Source: Emiliania huxleyi CCMP1516 (lineage: Eukaryota). Taken from it: a stretch of DNA of 64,000 bases. Below the pieces are notes generated by a model. The model worked only from the letters and a program-made list of their open reading frames with translations, did not search any database and had not been told where the DNA came from. Made by a program: the position numbers and the translations under genes. Shown in pieces: positions 25,712-36,574 of the stretch (positions within the stretch are counted from its first letter, which is position 1; each line of letters begins with the position of its first letter). The stretch lies in the NCBI RefSeq assembly GCF_000372725.1, contig NW_005201912.1:377711-441710 (forward strand). Reading direction: 5' to 3'.

Positions 25712-28088
25712 TCCGCCGCCGCCGCCGCCTCCGCTCAGCAGCGCCTGCAGCGGCCCCGCGCCGCCGCCTCCTGCTCCGCCGTCGGCGCCGGCAAAGGCGC
25801 TGCCGCCAGCCGCGGCAATGGCGGAGGGCCGCTCGCTCAAGTGGCGCACGAGCGCCTGTGCCCATATCTCCCCATATCTCCCCATATCTCCCCATATCTC
25901 CCCATATCTCCCCATGTCTCGCTCGAGTGGCGCACGAGCGCCTGTGCCCATATCTCCCCATATCTCCCCATATCTCCCCATATCTCCCCCTATCTCCCCA
26001 TGTCTCGCTCGAGTGGCGCACGAGCGCCTGTGCCGTCGACTTTGCGATGGCGTGAGAGAGGTAGAGGGGGGCGCGCGGCGCGCCGGCGGCGTCGGCGACG
26101 ACGGCGACGGGGAGGAGCTTCGCGAGCGCACCGGCGGCGCCGTGGCCGTGCTTGCTCGGCAGAGCGGCCGCCTCGGCGGCGCTGCTCGGGACCGCGGCGA
26201 TGCGGACGAGGAGGTCGACGGCCGTCATGCTGCCTAGACGGTTCCTAGACGGCTCCTAGACGGTTCCTGGAAGGTTTCTCGAGGTCGACGGCCGTCATGC
26301 TGCCCGCCCCCCCCCCTGCCGCCGCTGTAGACGCGAGCTCTCTCGCGCCGGCGAGAGAGCGCGCCGGCTGGCGGAAGGCTGCGAACGCACCTCCCGGCGT
26401 TGAGAGCGCGGCGCGCGACCAGCGCGCGAGCGCCTCAACTCGCGCCGAATCGGCGTCCGACCAAGTGAGGTGCTCCGCCGAGCGGTTGGCCGACGGAGAC
26501 GCCCCGTCGCCAAAGACCCACTGCGTGCGGAGCGTCGCGCCGCCTGCGCCGCGGGCGGGCACCACCGTCGGAGCCGAGCACGACTCTGCGCCCTGCGCGC
26601 ACAAGGGGCGAGAGTCTCCGGCATCTAGTGTCGCGCCGCCGCGAGGGCCGCGAGGCGCGCCGACGGCATGCGCCTGCGGGACGCCGTCGTACGGCGGGGA
26701 AGGCTTGAGGCGGTGCAGCCTGTCGGACGCGCCAGGGACGAGTCGTGGACATGTCGTGGCTCGGCGGCGGGGGGGCCGAGGCGGTGTGCGGCCTCACGAC
26801 GGCGCCGACGCCGGGCACGTGCGGGTGTGCTTTGAAGCAGTTGAGGGCGAGGTACTCTCCCGCCTACGGAAACGTGTCGGGGACGTGTCGGGGACGTGTC
26901 CGGGGGATGGACACTGCGTACCGCCGGTGCCGCCTAGGGAGGGTGTGGGTGGACGCGTCCCGGACGCGTCCCTCGACGGTACCGAGCTCGAGGCGGCCTC
27001 CCGCCGAGGCGCAAGACTCGTCGACGAGGTGGAGCACCTGTCCATGCACGCGCGGCTGTGAAGAGGCGCTGCCCACACTCTTGCGGCTGTGAAGAGGCGC
27101 TGCCCACACTCTTGCGGCTGTGAAGAGGCGCTGCCCACACTCTTGCGGCTGTGAAGAGGCGCTGCCCACACTCTTGCGGCTGTGAAGAGGCGCTGCCCAC
27201 ACTCTTGCCTCTGAGTGGCCACCGCGGTCCTGGGTGGTCGTTGCTCTGTGGCTGTGAAGAGGCGCTTCCCACCCTCAGGAGGTGTGGCAGCCCTGCAGGC
27301 CGAGTGTATTGTTGGTTGTGTCTGTGTGTCGATCCAGTGTTGCCGTCTCTCCGCCGCTAGCGGCAGGCTCTTCGGAGTCCGGTGTCCAGACGTGGCCCCA
27401 CTGTGCTTCGCCTCCCTCTCCTACCAGAGGCGTGCGGCCGCACCGAACGCAGGTCTGTCCCCTTGGTCGCGCGCGGCAGCTGGTACTCGACAACCACGCC
27501 GAAGCAGTGCCAGTCGTCGCCTCCGTCCGAGCCTGACGCCTGCCGCAACCGCTCCACGCTCGAGTAGGCGTACTGCCCTGTGGCGCGGCGCGGCCGCTTT
27601 GCGCCCTGTCCGCCAGCCGGAGCAGTGCTGTCGGCGGCGGCGGCGGGCGCGGCGTTGGCGGTTGAGACAAAGGCGCCCGTGGCGCCGAGAGTGAGGGTGC
27701 GCTGCTCGCCCACCAGTACGACGCGAGCGGAGGGCGAGGCGCCCTTTGGCGGCAGCGACAGCTGCCACGGGCTCTCTAGGTCGGTGGCGTCGGGCGCCGG
27801 CTCGACCTCTGCGCCGTTGACGGTCACTTTGCAGCCGAGCGCGACGCTGGGCGCCAGCTTCTCGCACCAGAAGCCCCAGAGCACCAGCTTGCAGCGCCGC
27901 CAGGCCGGCCCGCCGCCGCCGGCATCGCGCCGCTCGAGCACGAGGGTGACGACCGGCAGCTCGGCGGAGGGGTCGCACAGCACGTAGTCGGCCGGAGGCG
28001 CGCGCCGGCCGGCGGGCGAGCGCTGGGCGACGTAGCCCTCGAGGGTGGCAATTTCGGGCAAAAGCTGGTCGTCGGGTGCGGCGAGCAT
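24714..28088 (-). CDS. POT1: Protection of telomeres 1-like OB-fold protein (3' end probably lost in the gap)
   Basis: OB1 signature across exons: FGVVVEYQLPRATKGTD…LHLVDES…LNCF…PGVGAVVR|LHRL…YDGVPQ…VEALARW. OB2 motif GRWVRLRSV. Confidence 0.75.
27052..27207. repeat. 30-bp intronic tandem repeat (GCGGCTGTGAAGAGGCGCTGCCCACACTCTT-like), about 5 copies
   Basis: Seen directly, inside a POT1 intron. Confidence 0.93.
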
Positions 28089-28343
28089 GGGTCAGCGATG
28101 GTCGCCCACAATCGTTGCGCGGCCCCACCCCCAGCCCCCCAAGGACTTTCTTTGACTCATGTTTGGTTTGTCCTGCCGCGCACATTGTCATCGACTTGTA
28201 TCCGACTTGGTGGCTGTGGTGATGTAGCGATGGTGTGGGTCTCTCGTGACCTATACAGCTCCTCCGTATTCCGTCTCCTGACACCGTGCATACTGTCGGC
28301 GCCGCAAATTCTCTTTTCCGCCCCGCAAACGACTCGGCGCCCA

Positions 28344-28904
28344 ATGCGCCAGACCACACTGCGCGGGATCACCGGCGCTGCGCGCTCCGGTCCCGCCTCA
28401 CCCACCCGCGCCGCCGCCGACCCGCACGACATGCAGCGCTTCGCGTCCAAGCAGGCCCTCGACCACGACCGGGCTGTGCGAGAGCTCAAGGACGGCAGGA
28501 AGGCTGGCTGCTGGTCGTGGTGGATCTTCCCGACGCCGCCGTTCATCCGGAACGGCGAGCGTGTCGGCTCGCCCATCAACCAGGTGTACGAGCTCGCCGA
28601 CGACGCCGAAGGGCTCGCATACCTACTCTTCCGCGACGGCCAGCTGCGGAGCAACTACCTCGCGGTGCTCGACGCGATGAGTGGCTCGCTCGAGGAGGGA
28701 GTCGAGCCGCGCAGGCTGCTCGGCATCGACGTGCCTCGCGCCGTCGCCTCAGTCCGCTACTTTTCGCACCTCGCCACGCTCGGCGACGGCGACGAGGCGC
28801 TGCGCGACGGCTGCGAGCGAGCGCTCGGTCTGCTCGTGCCGGACGACTCGGCCGACGCCGGCGGTGGCGGCGGCCGGCAGCAAAAGCGCGCGCACCCGGG
28901 GTGA
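28344..28904 (+). CDS. DUF1810-family protein
   Basis: MQRFASKQ…AVRELKDGRKAGCWSWWIFP…YEL…EGLAYL matches the L.RF..AQ…EL..G.K.sHW.W.IFP pattern. Confidence 0.8.
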   Translation: MRQTTLRGITGAARSGPASPTRAAADPHDMQRFASKQALDHDRAVRELKDGRKAGCWSWWIFPTPPFIRNGERVGSPINQVYELADDAEGLAYLLFRDGQLRSNYLAVLDAMSGSLEEGVEPRRLLGIDVPRAVASVRYFSHLATLGDGDEALRDGCERALGLLVPDDSADAGGGGGRQQKRAHPG

Positions 28905-29153
28905 GTCGGCCGCCACCGACACTCTCTCGTGCGCAGAGGGCGCTGCTGGGCCGCGCAAAGAAGCGTGTGGACGGCTCGATCTCTGGCCGTGGCGCACACC
29001 GATTTGAGGCATATTTTTGCGAATTTACGAGATAGCAAATGGTTTGCCAAAATGCGTGGCGAGAGGGAGAGGATGTAGTGCCGAAGGCCAGGGTTGCGTA
29101 CTCTTCTGTTGCAGTGCTTCGTACAACGCAGTAGTTTTCACAGTGTACACGAG

Positions 29154-29855
29154 TCACCTCGCGCCGCGCGCGGCCTCGTTCACCACAGGGTAGGCTCCGT
29201 GCCCGCAACGGCCAACGGCAACGCTAAATTTTGCGCGCTCCGAGAACTCGTCCGGGGTTGGCGTCGCATCCGAACACTTGGCGAGCGAGCGGAAAGCTTG
29301 CTCTGCGCTAATCGGATGCTTGGCGTAGCTCGCAGCGAAGCGAGACACCGCCTCGCAGAGCGACGCCCTCAGGAGGCTGTCTTCCTTGGCGCGTTCGAAC
29401 CTGGCGGGAGACGTGGCAAGCGCGTGGGCTGCGCGTGTGGTACAAGGCGGCGGGGCCGGGCCGGGGCGGGCGGCGAGGCACCAGAGCTGCCCAAAGCGCT
29501 CGCTCAGGTAGACGAGCTCGTTCTTCTGGACAAACGCCTCCGGGGCGACGGAGGTGGCATCGGTCGAGCTGCGGCCCAGAGCCTCGCGGGTCTTGCCCGT
29601 GGGCTCGACCGGCCTCATGCACAAGACCTTGTACGTGTGGCCGGGCGGCCCGCGCATCTCTGTCCGCACTATCTCGTGCGGCAGCGGCCCGAGCCGGTCC
29701 ACAAAGTACATCAAGCCCTCCTTGGTGTGGATCTTGGTCGCGCGCCTCTTGGCGGGGGGCCTAGTGCCGCCGCTCGACGTGCCGGAAGAGGGGGGTGGCT
29801 TCCGGCAGCAGCCGTTTATTGTTCTTGCCGCGCGAGTGGTGATGGCCCTTGGCAA
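29154..29855 (-). CDS. Hypothetical protein
   Basis: 233-aa ORF with globular-looking composition. Start uncertain, no motif recognised. Confidence 0.4.
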   Translation of the reverse strand: MPRAITTRAARTINGCCRKPPPSSGTSSGGTRPPAKRRATKIHTKEGLMYFVDRLGPLPHEIVRTEMRGPPGHTYKVLCMRPVEPTGKTREALGRSSTDATSVAPEAFVQKNELVYLSERFGQLWCLAARPGPAPPPCTTRAAHALATSPARFERAKEDSLLRASLCEAVSRFAASYAKHPISAEQAFRSLAKCSDATPTPDEFSERAKFSVAVGRCGHGAYPVVNEAARGAR

Positions 29856-30209
29856 TCAGACGAGAAGCGTCGCGAGGGGACGCGCGTCCTCCACGAACAG
29901 CGTGACGTAGAGCGGGTCAACCACGACCACCATCCGCCGTCACAACATGGGCGTGGAAGCTCGAAGGCGAGGAAATTCTTTAAATGTGCCACATACTCGA
30001 CCTTGTGCATCGTTGTCTCGTACATCTGTCCCACTTGCGTGAAGCTCTGCGGCTTCGGCACGGCCTGGAGCCAGTGCCCTGCGGACACTCGCTCGGATCG
30101 CTCCCTTGACCGACCGTCTGGCCAAGCGAGGTGCGACGAGACGCGTCGGTGCTGGCCTCGTTTGAATGGTGATCGTGTACTTTGGGTCTTGAGCCATCTC
30201 TATCGTGCA

Positions 30210-31104
30210 GACGAGAACAGGACTCGGGCGCCTAGAAGCGCGAGCGAGGCAGCGCGGCGCGCGGAACGTCATCGAGTTTGGTGACGATTCCCCCTCACGG
30301 TGGGTCGTCTTTGCTGCACCGGCGAAGCTAGGCCCGATCAGCGAGCTGAGAAAACAGCACGGCGTAGCACTTGCATGGCTGCGCGACCGCCTCGGGCCAG
30401 TCGACGGACCAAAGGCTCGTGAAAGCTGGCTGCTGCGCATGCTCGCGAGCTGCAACTGGGATCGCCGAGCTGCCCTGAAAAAGTGCCGCGCATCCTTCGC
30501 GCTGAGCAAAAGGATTGGGTACGACAGGATCGCAAAGTTTGTGCGCGAGAACCCGAGGCCCGAGACGTGGCCGCACGGCGATGTCGTCCAGCGCCATCTC
30601 CCTCGCTACTTCACCCGTACCGACGCCGGCTTGGTCGTCGTCGGCTTGGTCGACACCGACTACGACGCTGCATGCAAGTCGTTGAGCCCGGCCGACTTCC
30701 GTGAATTCTGCTGGTATGCTGCCGTCTTCCTGATTGAGCTTCTGGTGGAGCGAGACGAAGCGAGCGGCGATATCGATGCGGGACTGTACCATATCATGGA
30801 TACTCAGTTCACCAACGGCGTCCCCCTTCGCTGGCTTCTGAGAATGTATCCTGCCTTCTACGACGGCGGCACGCTGCTCGGCATCAACGCGTATGTTCGA
30901 GGGTGGTACTTTTGCGGTGCAAGACCCGTGCGCGCTCACATCATCATCATGTGCCAGCGGGTACGCGCGTATTTCCTGGGGCGAAGCGAGCTGATGAAGC
31001 TCATCTGCTTCATTCAGCCGCAGCGCGACCCGAAGCAGGCGGCGTCCCTGCAGCGCCTCTTCGAGCCCAAGCCGCTGCCAGTGAACTTTGGCGGCTTCTC
31101 CTGA
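30210..31104 (+). CDS. CRAL-TRIO/Sec14-like lipid-binding protein (first exon uncertain)
   Basis: WLLRMLASCNWDRRAALKK (CRAL N-domain), …LYHIMD…, and C-terminal LPVNFGG. Confidence 0.7.
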
Positions 31105-31702
31105 TGGCCTGCCTGGCCGGTCTGCATGGCGCAGTCTGTTCATTGAGATGTGAGAGGGGCTGTGGGGGAGAGGGAGAGAGGAGAGAGAGGGAGAGAGAGA
31201 GAGAGAGAGAGGGAGGGAGAGTAGAGTGAGAGAGAGTAGTGAGAGAGAGACAGTAGAGAGAGAGACAGTAGAGAGTCGAACCTCAAATTACCAAACAACT
31301 CTAACACTCACACAATGTTTTTGTTTCTGCTCCTGCGTGGTGGGGGGAACGGCTTCTGAGGAAGCCGTCGCCCGCGCCTTGTCTGTCGCGTGAATCGTGC
31401 TGTGCACTTGGAGCACTCTTGGACGTTGGAGTGCAGTCATCAACCGCACGCCCAGGACCGGGGAGCTAAGAGGCACCCGCGACCGCCTTTTGTTGTACTT
31501 TTTGAGCTCGCCTTCGATGTTATGAAACAAACGCACAAGGCGCACACATGGATTCGCAAATTCTTTTCCTCGCGCGCCTGGCCTCGCACGTGCCTCCCTG
31601 ACCACACTGCCACGGACGCTGCCTCCGTTTTCCGTCGTTCGCGCGTCTCGCCGACCACGGCGCGTCCTTCGCGCGCCTCTCGCCGACCAGAGATAGGCAT
31701 AA

Positions 31703-32272
31703 ATGCCGGCTGATCTAGACTCGACGATCAAGAAGCTGTCAAAGGAGGAGAAGGCGGCCAAGAAGGCGGCCAAGGCAGGCAAATATGGCGCTCAGCAGGT
31801 GGCGCAGAAGAAGAAGCTCGCAAAAAAAGCCGCCAAGGCCGCCAAGGCCGCCGCGGCTCCGGCCGACGTCGATGCAGCGGTGCAGCCCGAGGCAGCCGCC
31901 GCCACCGACAGCGGTTTCAAAGCCGCTACTTTCGTGCTGCCGCCCGATCCCGAGGATGAGACCCTTCAGTGTCGAGACTGCGGGAATGACTTCATCTTCA
32001 CGGTCGGCGAGCAGCTTTTTTTCAAGACAAAGGGCTTCGACTTCAAGAAAAGTCGCTGCGGCGGCTGCCAGGCGGCCAAGAAGGCGCGCTTTAGCGAGGA
32101 AAGCGGCAAAGGCGGGGGGAAGGGGAAGGGGAGGGGTAAGGGTGACGGCGGCAAGGGCCAGGGCCAGGGCAAGGGCAGGGGCAAGGGCAAGGGCAAGGGC
32201 AAGGGCAAGGGCAAGGGCGACGGCAAGGGCTACGGAATCCCTGGCACAGCGACGAGTGAGCCGTATGGGTGA
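31703..32272 (+). CDS. Zinc-ribbon (zf-trcl-like) protein with K/A-rich N-terminus and (GK)n tail
   Basis: DETLQCRDCGNDFIFTVGEQLFFKTKGF…RCGGC. Confidence 0.85.
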   Translation: MPADLDSTIKKLSKEEKAAKKAAKAGKYGAQQVAQKKKLAKKAAKAAKAAAAPADVDAAVQPEAAAATDSGFKAATFVLPPDPEDETLQCRDCGNDFIFTVGEQLFFKTKGFDFKKSRCGGCQAAKKARFSEESGKGGGKGKGRGKGDGGKGQGQGKGRGKGKGKGKGKGKGDGKGYGIPGTATSEPYG

Positions 32273-32737
32273 ATTGGTGGCGATGTGTAGCTCTTGCCGT
32301 CGCCCTAACCGTTAGTGCCAGTGGCCGCGTGACAGTCGATTGTCACTGAATTTCAGGTGTGAGTGTTGTGCGAGAGACTTGGAGCACTTGGAGTGTAACC
32401 GCGCTTTGAAAATTCTTTCTTCTATCCGACGACGGCTTCTGTGAGGACGACGGCTTCTATTAGAAGCCGTCGTCCGCGCTTTGCCTGTTGTGTGAATCGT
32501 GCGTGTGCGAGAGAGTTTTGTTGTAAAATTCTTTCTTCTATAATAGATCTCTACGGGGTTTGATTCTTCTGTCCACGGGATGCGAAATTCTTTCTGCCGT
32601 GCCTTTTGTAGTGCCACTCCGAGCCAGTCTCGGGTTACAAAATTCTTTTTTTCGTACATCCACTTGCCACTTCGCGCTTAGAGCGCCCGCGCGTGGGGTT
32701 GTGTATTTTGCTCGAGCCCTCGCCGGCCCCCACAACA

Positions 32738-34271
32738 ATGCTCGCCCGCGTCCGCTGCCTCGCGACGGGAGCCGCGATCGGTGTCGGCGCCAGCGCCGCC
32801 TCCTCCTACCTCGCCGACAACCCGCTCGTGATGACGCAGCTCAAGCGAAAACTGAGCGAGGCTGGCGGCGGCAGCGGCTCAGAGAAAGAGGAGAAGCCGC
32901 CGCTGGTGTGCGTCGTGAAGATGTCCGGGCAGATCGCGGCGCCGGCGCCGGGCGGGCTCGGGGCGCGGCAGACCATCAGCCTTTCAGCGTTCGAGCCAGT
33001 TCTGGAGCAGGCCTTCAAGGTGGAGCCGCGGTGCGTTGTCCTGGAGCTCAACTCGCCCGGCGGCTCTCCTGCGCAGTCCTCGCTGCTGCACTCGCGGCTG
33101 CAGCAGCTGCGCAAGAAGCACCCTGACGTCGAGCTGCTCTGCTACACAACCGATGTTTGTGCGTCGGGCGGGTGCGGCCGCCGCCTCCCGGAGTACGCGG
33201 CGGCGTCTGCTATCCAGCGACGCGCCGCCTCGCTGCAGGTACTACATCGCCTCCGCGTGCGACGAGATCTTTGTCCTCCCCTCGAGCATCGTCGGCTCGA
33301 TCGGCGTCGTCTCGCCGTCGGTCGGGCTGGTCGAGCTGCTCCGCAAGTGGGGCGTGGAGGACCGCACGCTCACCGCAGGCCTCCCGGCCGCCACCTCTCG
33401 GACGCGCCTCCCAGACATCTCCCACATATCCAGACGCACCTCAAACCCACCCCATCCAGACTCGCCCCCCACCATCCAGACGCACCCCAGGACGCGCCTC
33501 CCAGAGTCTCCCAGACGCCGCGCACAGCTCCAGTCCCCGACGGGGAGCGGTCGACCGCCGCAGGCACCTCCAAGGCGGGGGACAGCCCTCTCCGCGCACG
33601 AGACCCGGTCGAGGTCCGGAAGAAGGAGATGCTGCTCGAGGAGCTGCACGCCGACTTCAAGGCCAAGGTCGAGGCCGCGCGTGGCTCGCGGCTGAAGCAC
33701 TACGAGGCGGCAACCTACCACCGAGCCGCGGGCGAGATTAGCCGAGATCAGCCGAGATGAGGGGAGATGAGCCGAGATCAGCCCAGATCAGGGGAGGTTG
33801 CGAGGCCTCCACGCGGGCGACCGCAAGCCGCGCGCCGTAGCGCAAGTCGAGCTTACCCGAGCGCAGCCGAGGTTGGCAGAGAGGAGGTGTCGAGACTAGG
33901 TGACTACAAGTCTCGCGCCGATCGCCGCACGGCGCTCTTCGACGGCTCTGTGTACGGGGGCGCGCGCGCCGTCGAGTTCGGCCTCGCCGACGGCGTGTAC
34001 GACGACATGCGCGACCATCTCAAGGCGCGTTTCGGCGAGACGGTCTGCTTCGCCGAGGTCAAGGGGAGGCAGGGCTTGCTCGAGAAGCTCGGCGCGATGC
34101 AGGCCGCCGCCGCGGCGCAGCAGCGCGCTTCCTCGCTCGTGACGGAACCGTCCCTGAGCCCTCCTCGGAGCCTTCCTGTAGGCCGCCGCCGCGGCGCAGC
34201 ACGCCACGTCGCTCGTCACCGCGGCGACGGCGGCGTCGGCGGAGCTCGCGGCGGCGCCGCGCGTGCAGTAG
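32738..34271 (+). CDS. Peptidase S49 (SppA/SohB-like), multi-exon
   Basis: LNSPGGSPAQS, DVCASGG|YYIASACDEI, SIVGSIGV, AVEFGLADG. Confidence 0.9.
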
Positions 34272-34765
34272 AATCCGCACCGTGGTCCAGCATAAGGCGT
34301 GTGCTTGCGGTGCTGCACCGCGCTCAAATGCTCTGCGAGCGAGGTGGTGTCCTCTCCTACCTTCCTCCTCCACTCGCTGTACCCTCTTCCCCACGCGCAC
34401 GGCCAATCTCGGAATCTGCCCGCACTCCCTCTCCGCACTCCGCTCTCGCCAGAGCTGGATCTGGTTCATTTTTGCATGTATTATTTGGATGCTCTCAACA
34501 CTCAAGCGCTCGGCACGCTGGGAGGGGGGCAGACGCCTCCGTCGCTACCGCCGCCCTCGCCGCCGCCACCCTCGCCACCACCGCCATCGCTGCCGCCGCC
34601 ATCGCCAGCGCGCAGCGGCAGCGCCGCCAGACCGTGCACCGAGCACCGTCGCCGTACGACTACGACTCCCCGCCCCACCCTCCAGCACCACCCCCTCACC
34701 GCCGCCTTAGCCACCGTCGCCGCCGTCTGGTTACTGCTTACTCCGCTGTGCGCGCTGGACACTGG

Positions 34766-34852
<87 letters not shown>

Positions 34853-35399
34853 CCGGCAGAAGGAGCGCCGGGCGAAGGAGGCTGGCGAGCGCGCGGCCGC
34901 GAGCGAGGCCGAGCGCGCGGAGCGCCCGCGCGCGCAGCTACGCGCGAACATCGAGTACGTGATGGACGGGCTGCGGTCTGCAGCTGCGCGGGCGCGCAGC
35001 CAGGCGGGGTCCTACAGTGCTGGCGATTTACTGGGAAATGAGTGGTTTTTACCACTTATTTGATTCTCCTAGGGAGTGGTATGGTATGAGCAGAGAGTGG
35101 TATGGTAAATTACGAAACTCCGTGGAATCATCAAATTGTCGGGATCTGAGCCGAGTCTGAGGCTGGTTTGCGGCCAAATTCAGCCAAATTGGCAAAATAC
35201 CGGCATACCGGGTATTTTGCGGGTATACCTGGGAAAATCCGGGTATACCTGGAAAATACCGGGTATTTTTTTATTTTTCCGATTTTTGTCAGATTTTTGC
35301 CTCAGAAGTCGTGGTAAATCTTACCATCATTTGATTGTTTTGGCCGTAGAGTGTTTGATTGTTCTGGGGGGCTATACCAGTAAATCGCCAGCACCGGGG

Positions 35400-36205
<806 letters not shown>

Positions 36206-36574
36206 CAGCGTGCACAGGTAGAGAGCCGTACCGCGAGAGTTCGAGAGGTGTGAGTCAATCTGACATCTGTCTGGAATGAAACTTGAAAGTTGAAAGCCGG
36301 GCTACCAAAGCGCACACACCTCACACGTATCTCGTATGCTCTCTCTTATAGTGATTAGTGTACGGTTAGTACTGTTAGTAGAGCACACAAGACCGCGCCG
36401 GTCCGACTCCACCGTACGTGCGCCACAGACAGGCACTATTCCACTGAGATCACTGTTCTCTCTCTGTATGGTACACCCCGAGAGCCTTCACGAGGCTGCC
36501 GACAAGTACGCTTGTGGGGTCTCCATGCTGCGGCACCCGACTGTACATGCATTACTAAGGGCCAGCTGCGCAGC

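Noticed and set aside
27052..27207. 30-bp repeat array as CRISPR
   Set aside because: Head-to-tail units with no unique spacers, inside an intron.
34299..35063. Possible small spliced gene downstream of the S49 gene
   Set aside because: Mostly Pro-rich and (CT)n sequence. Only a short coding-like last exon, which is not enough support.
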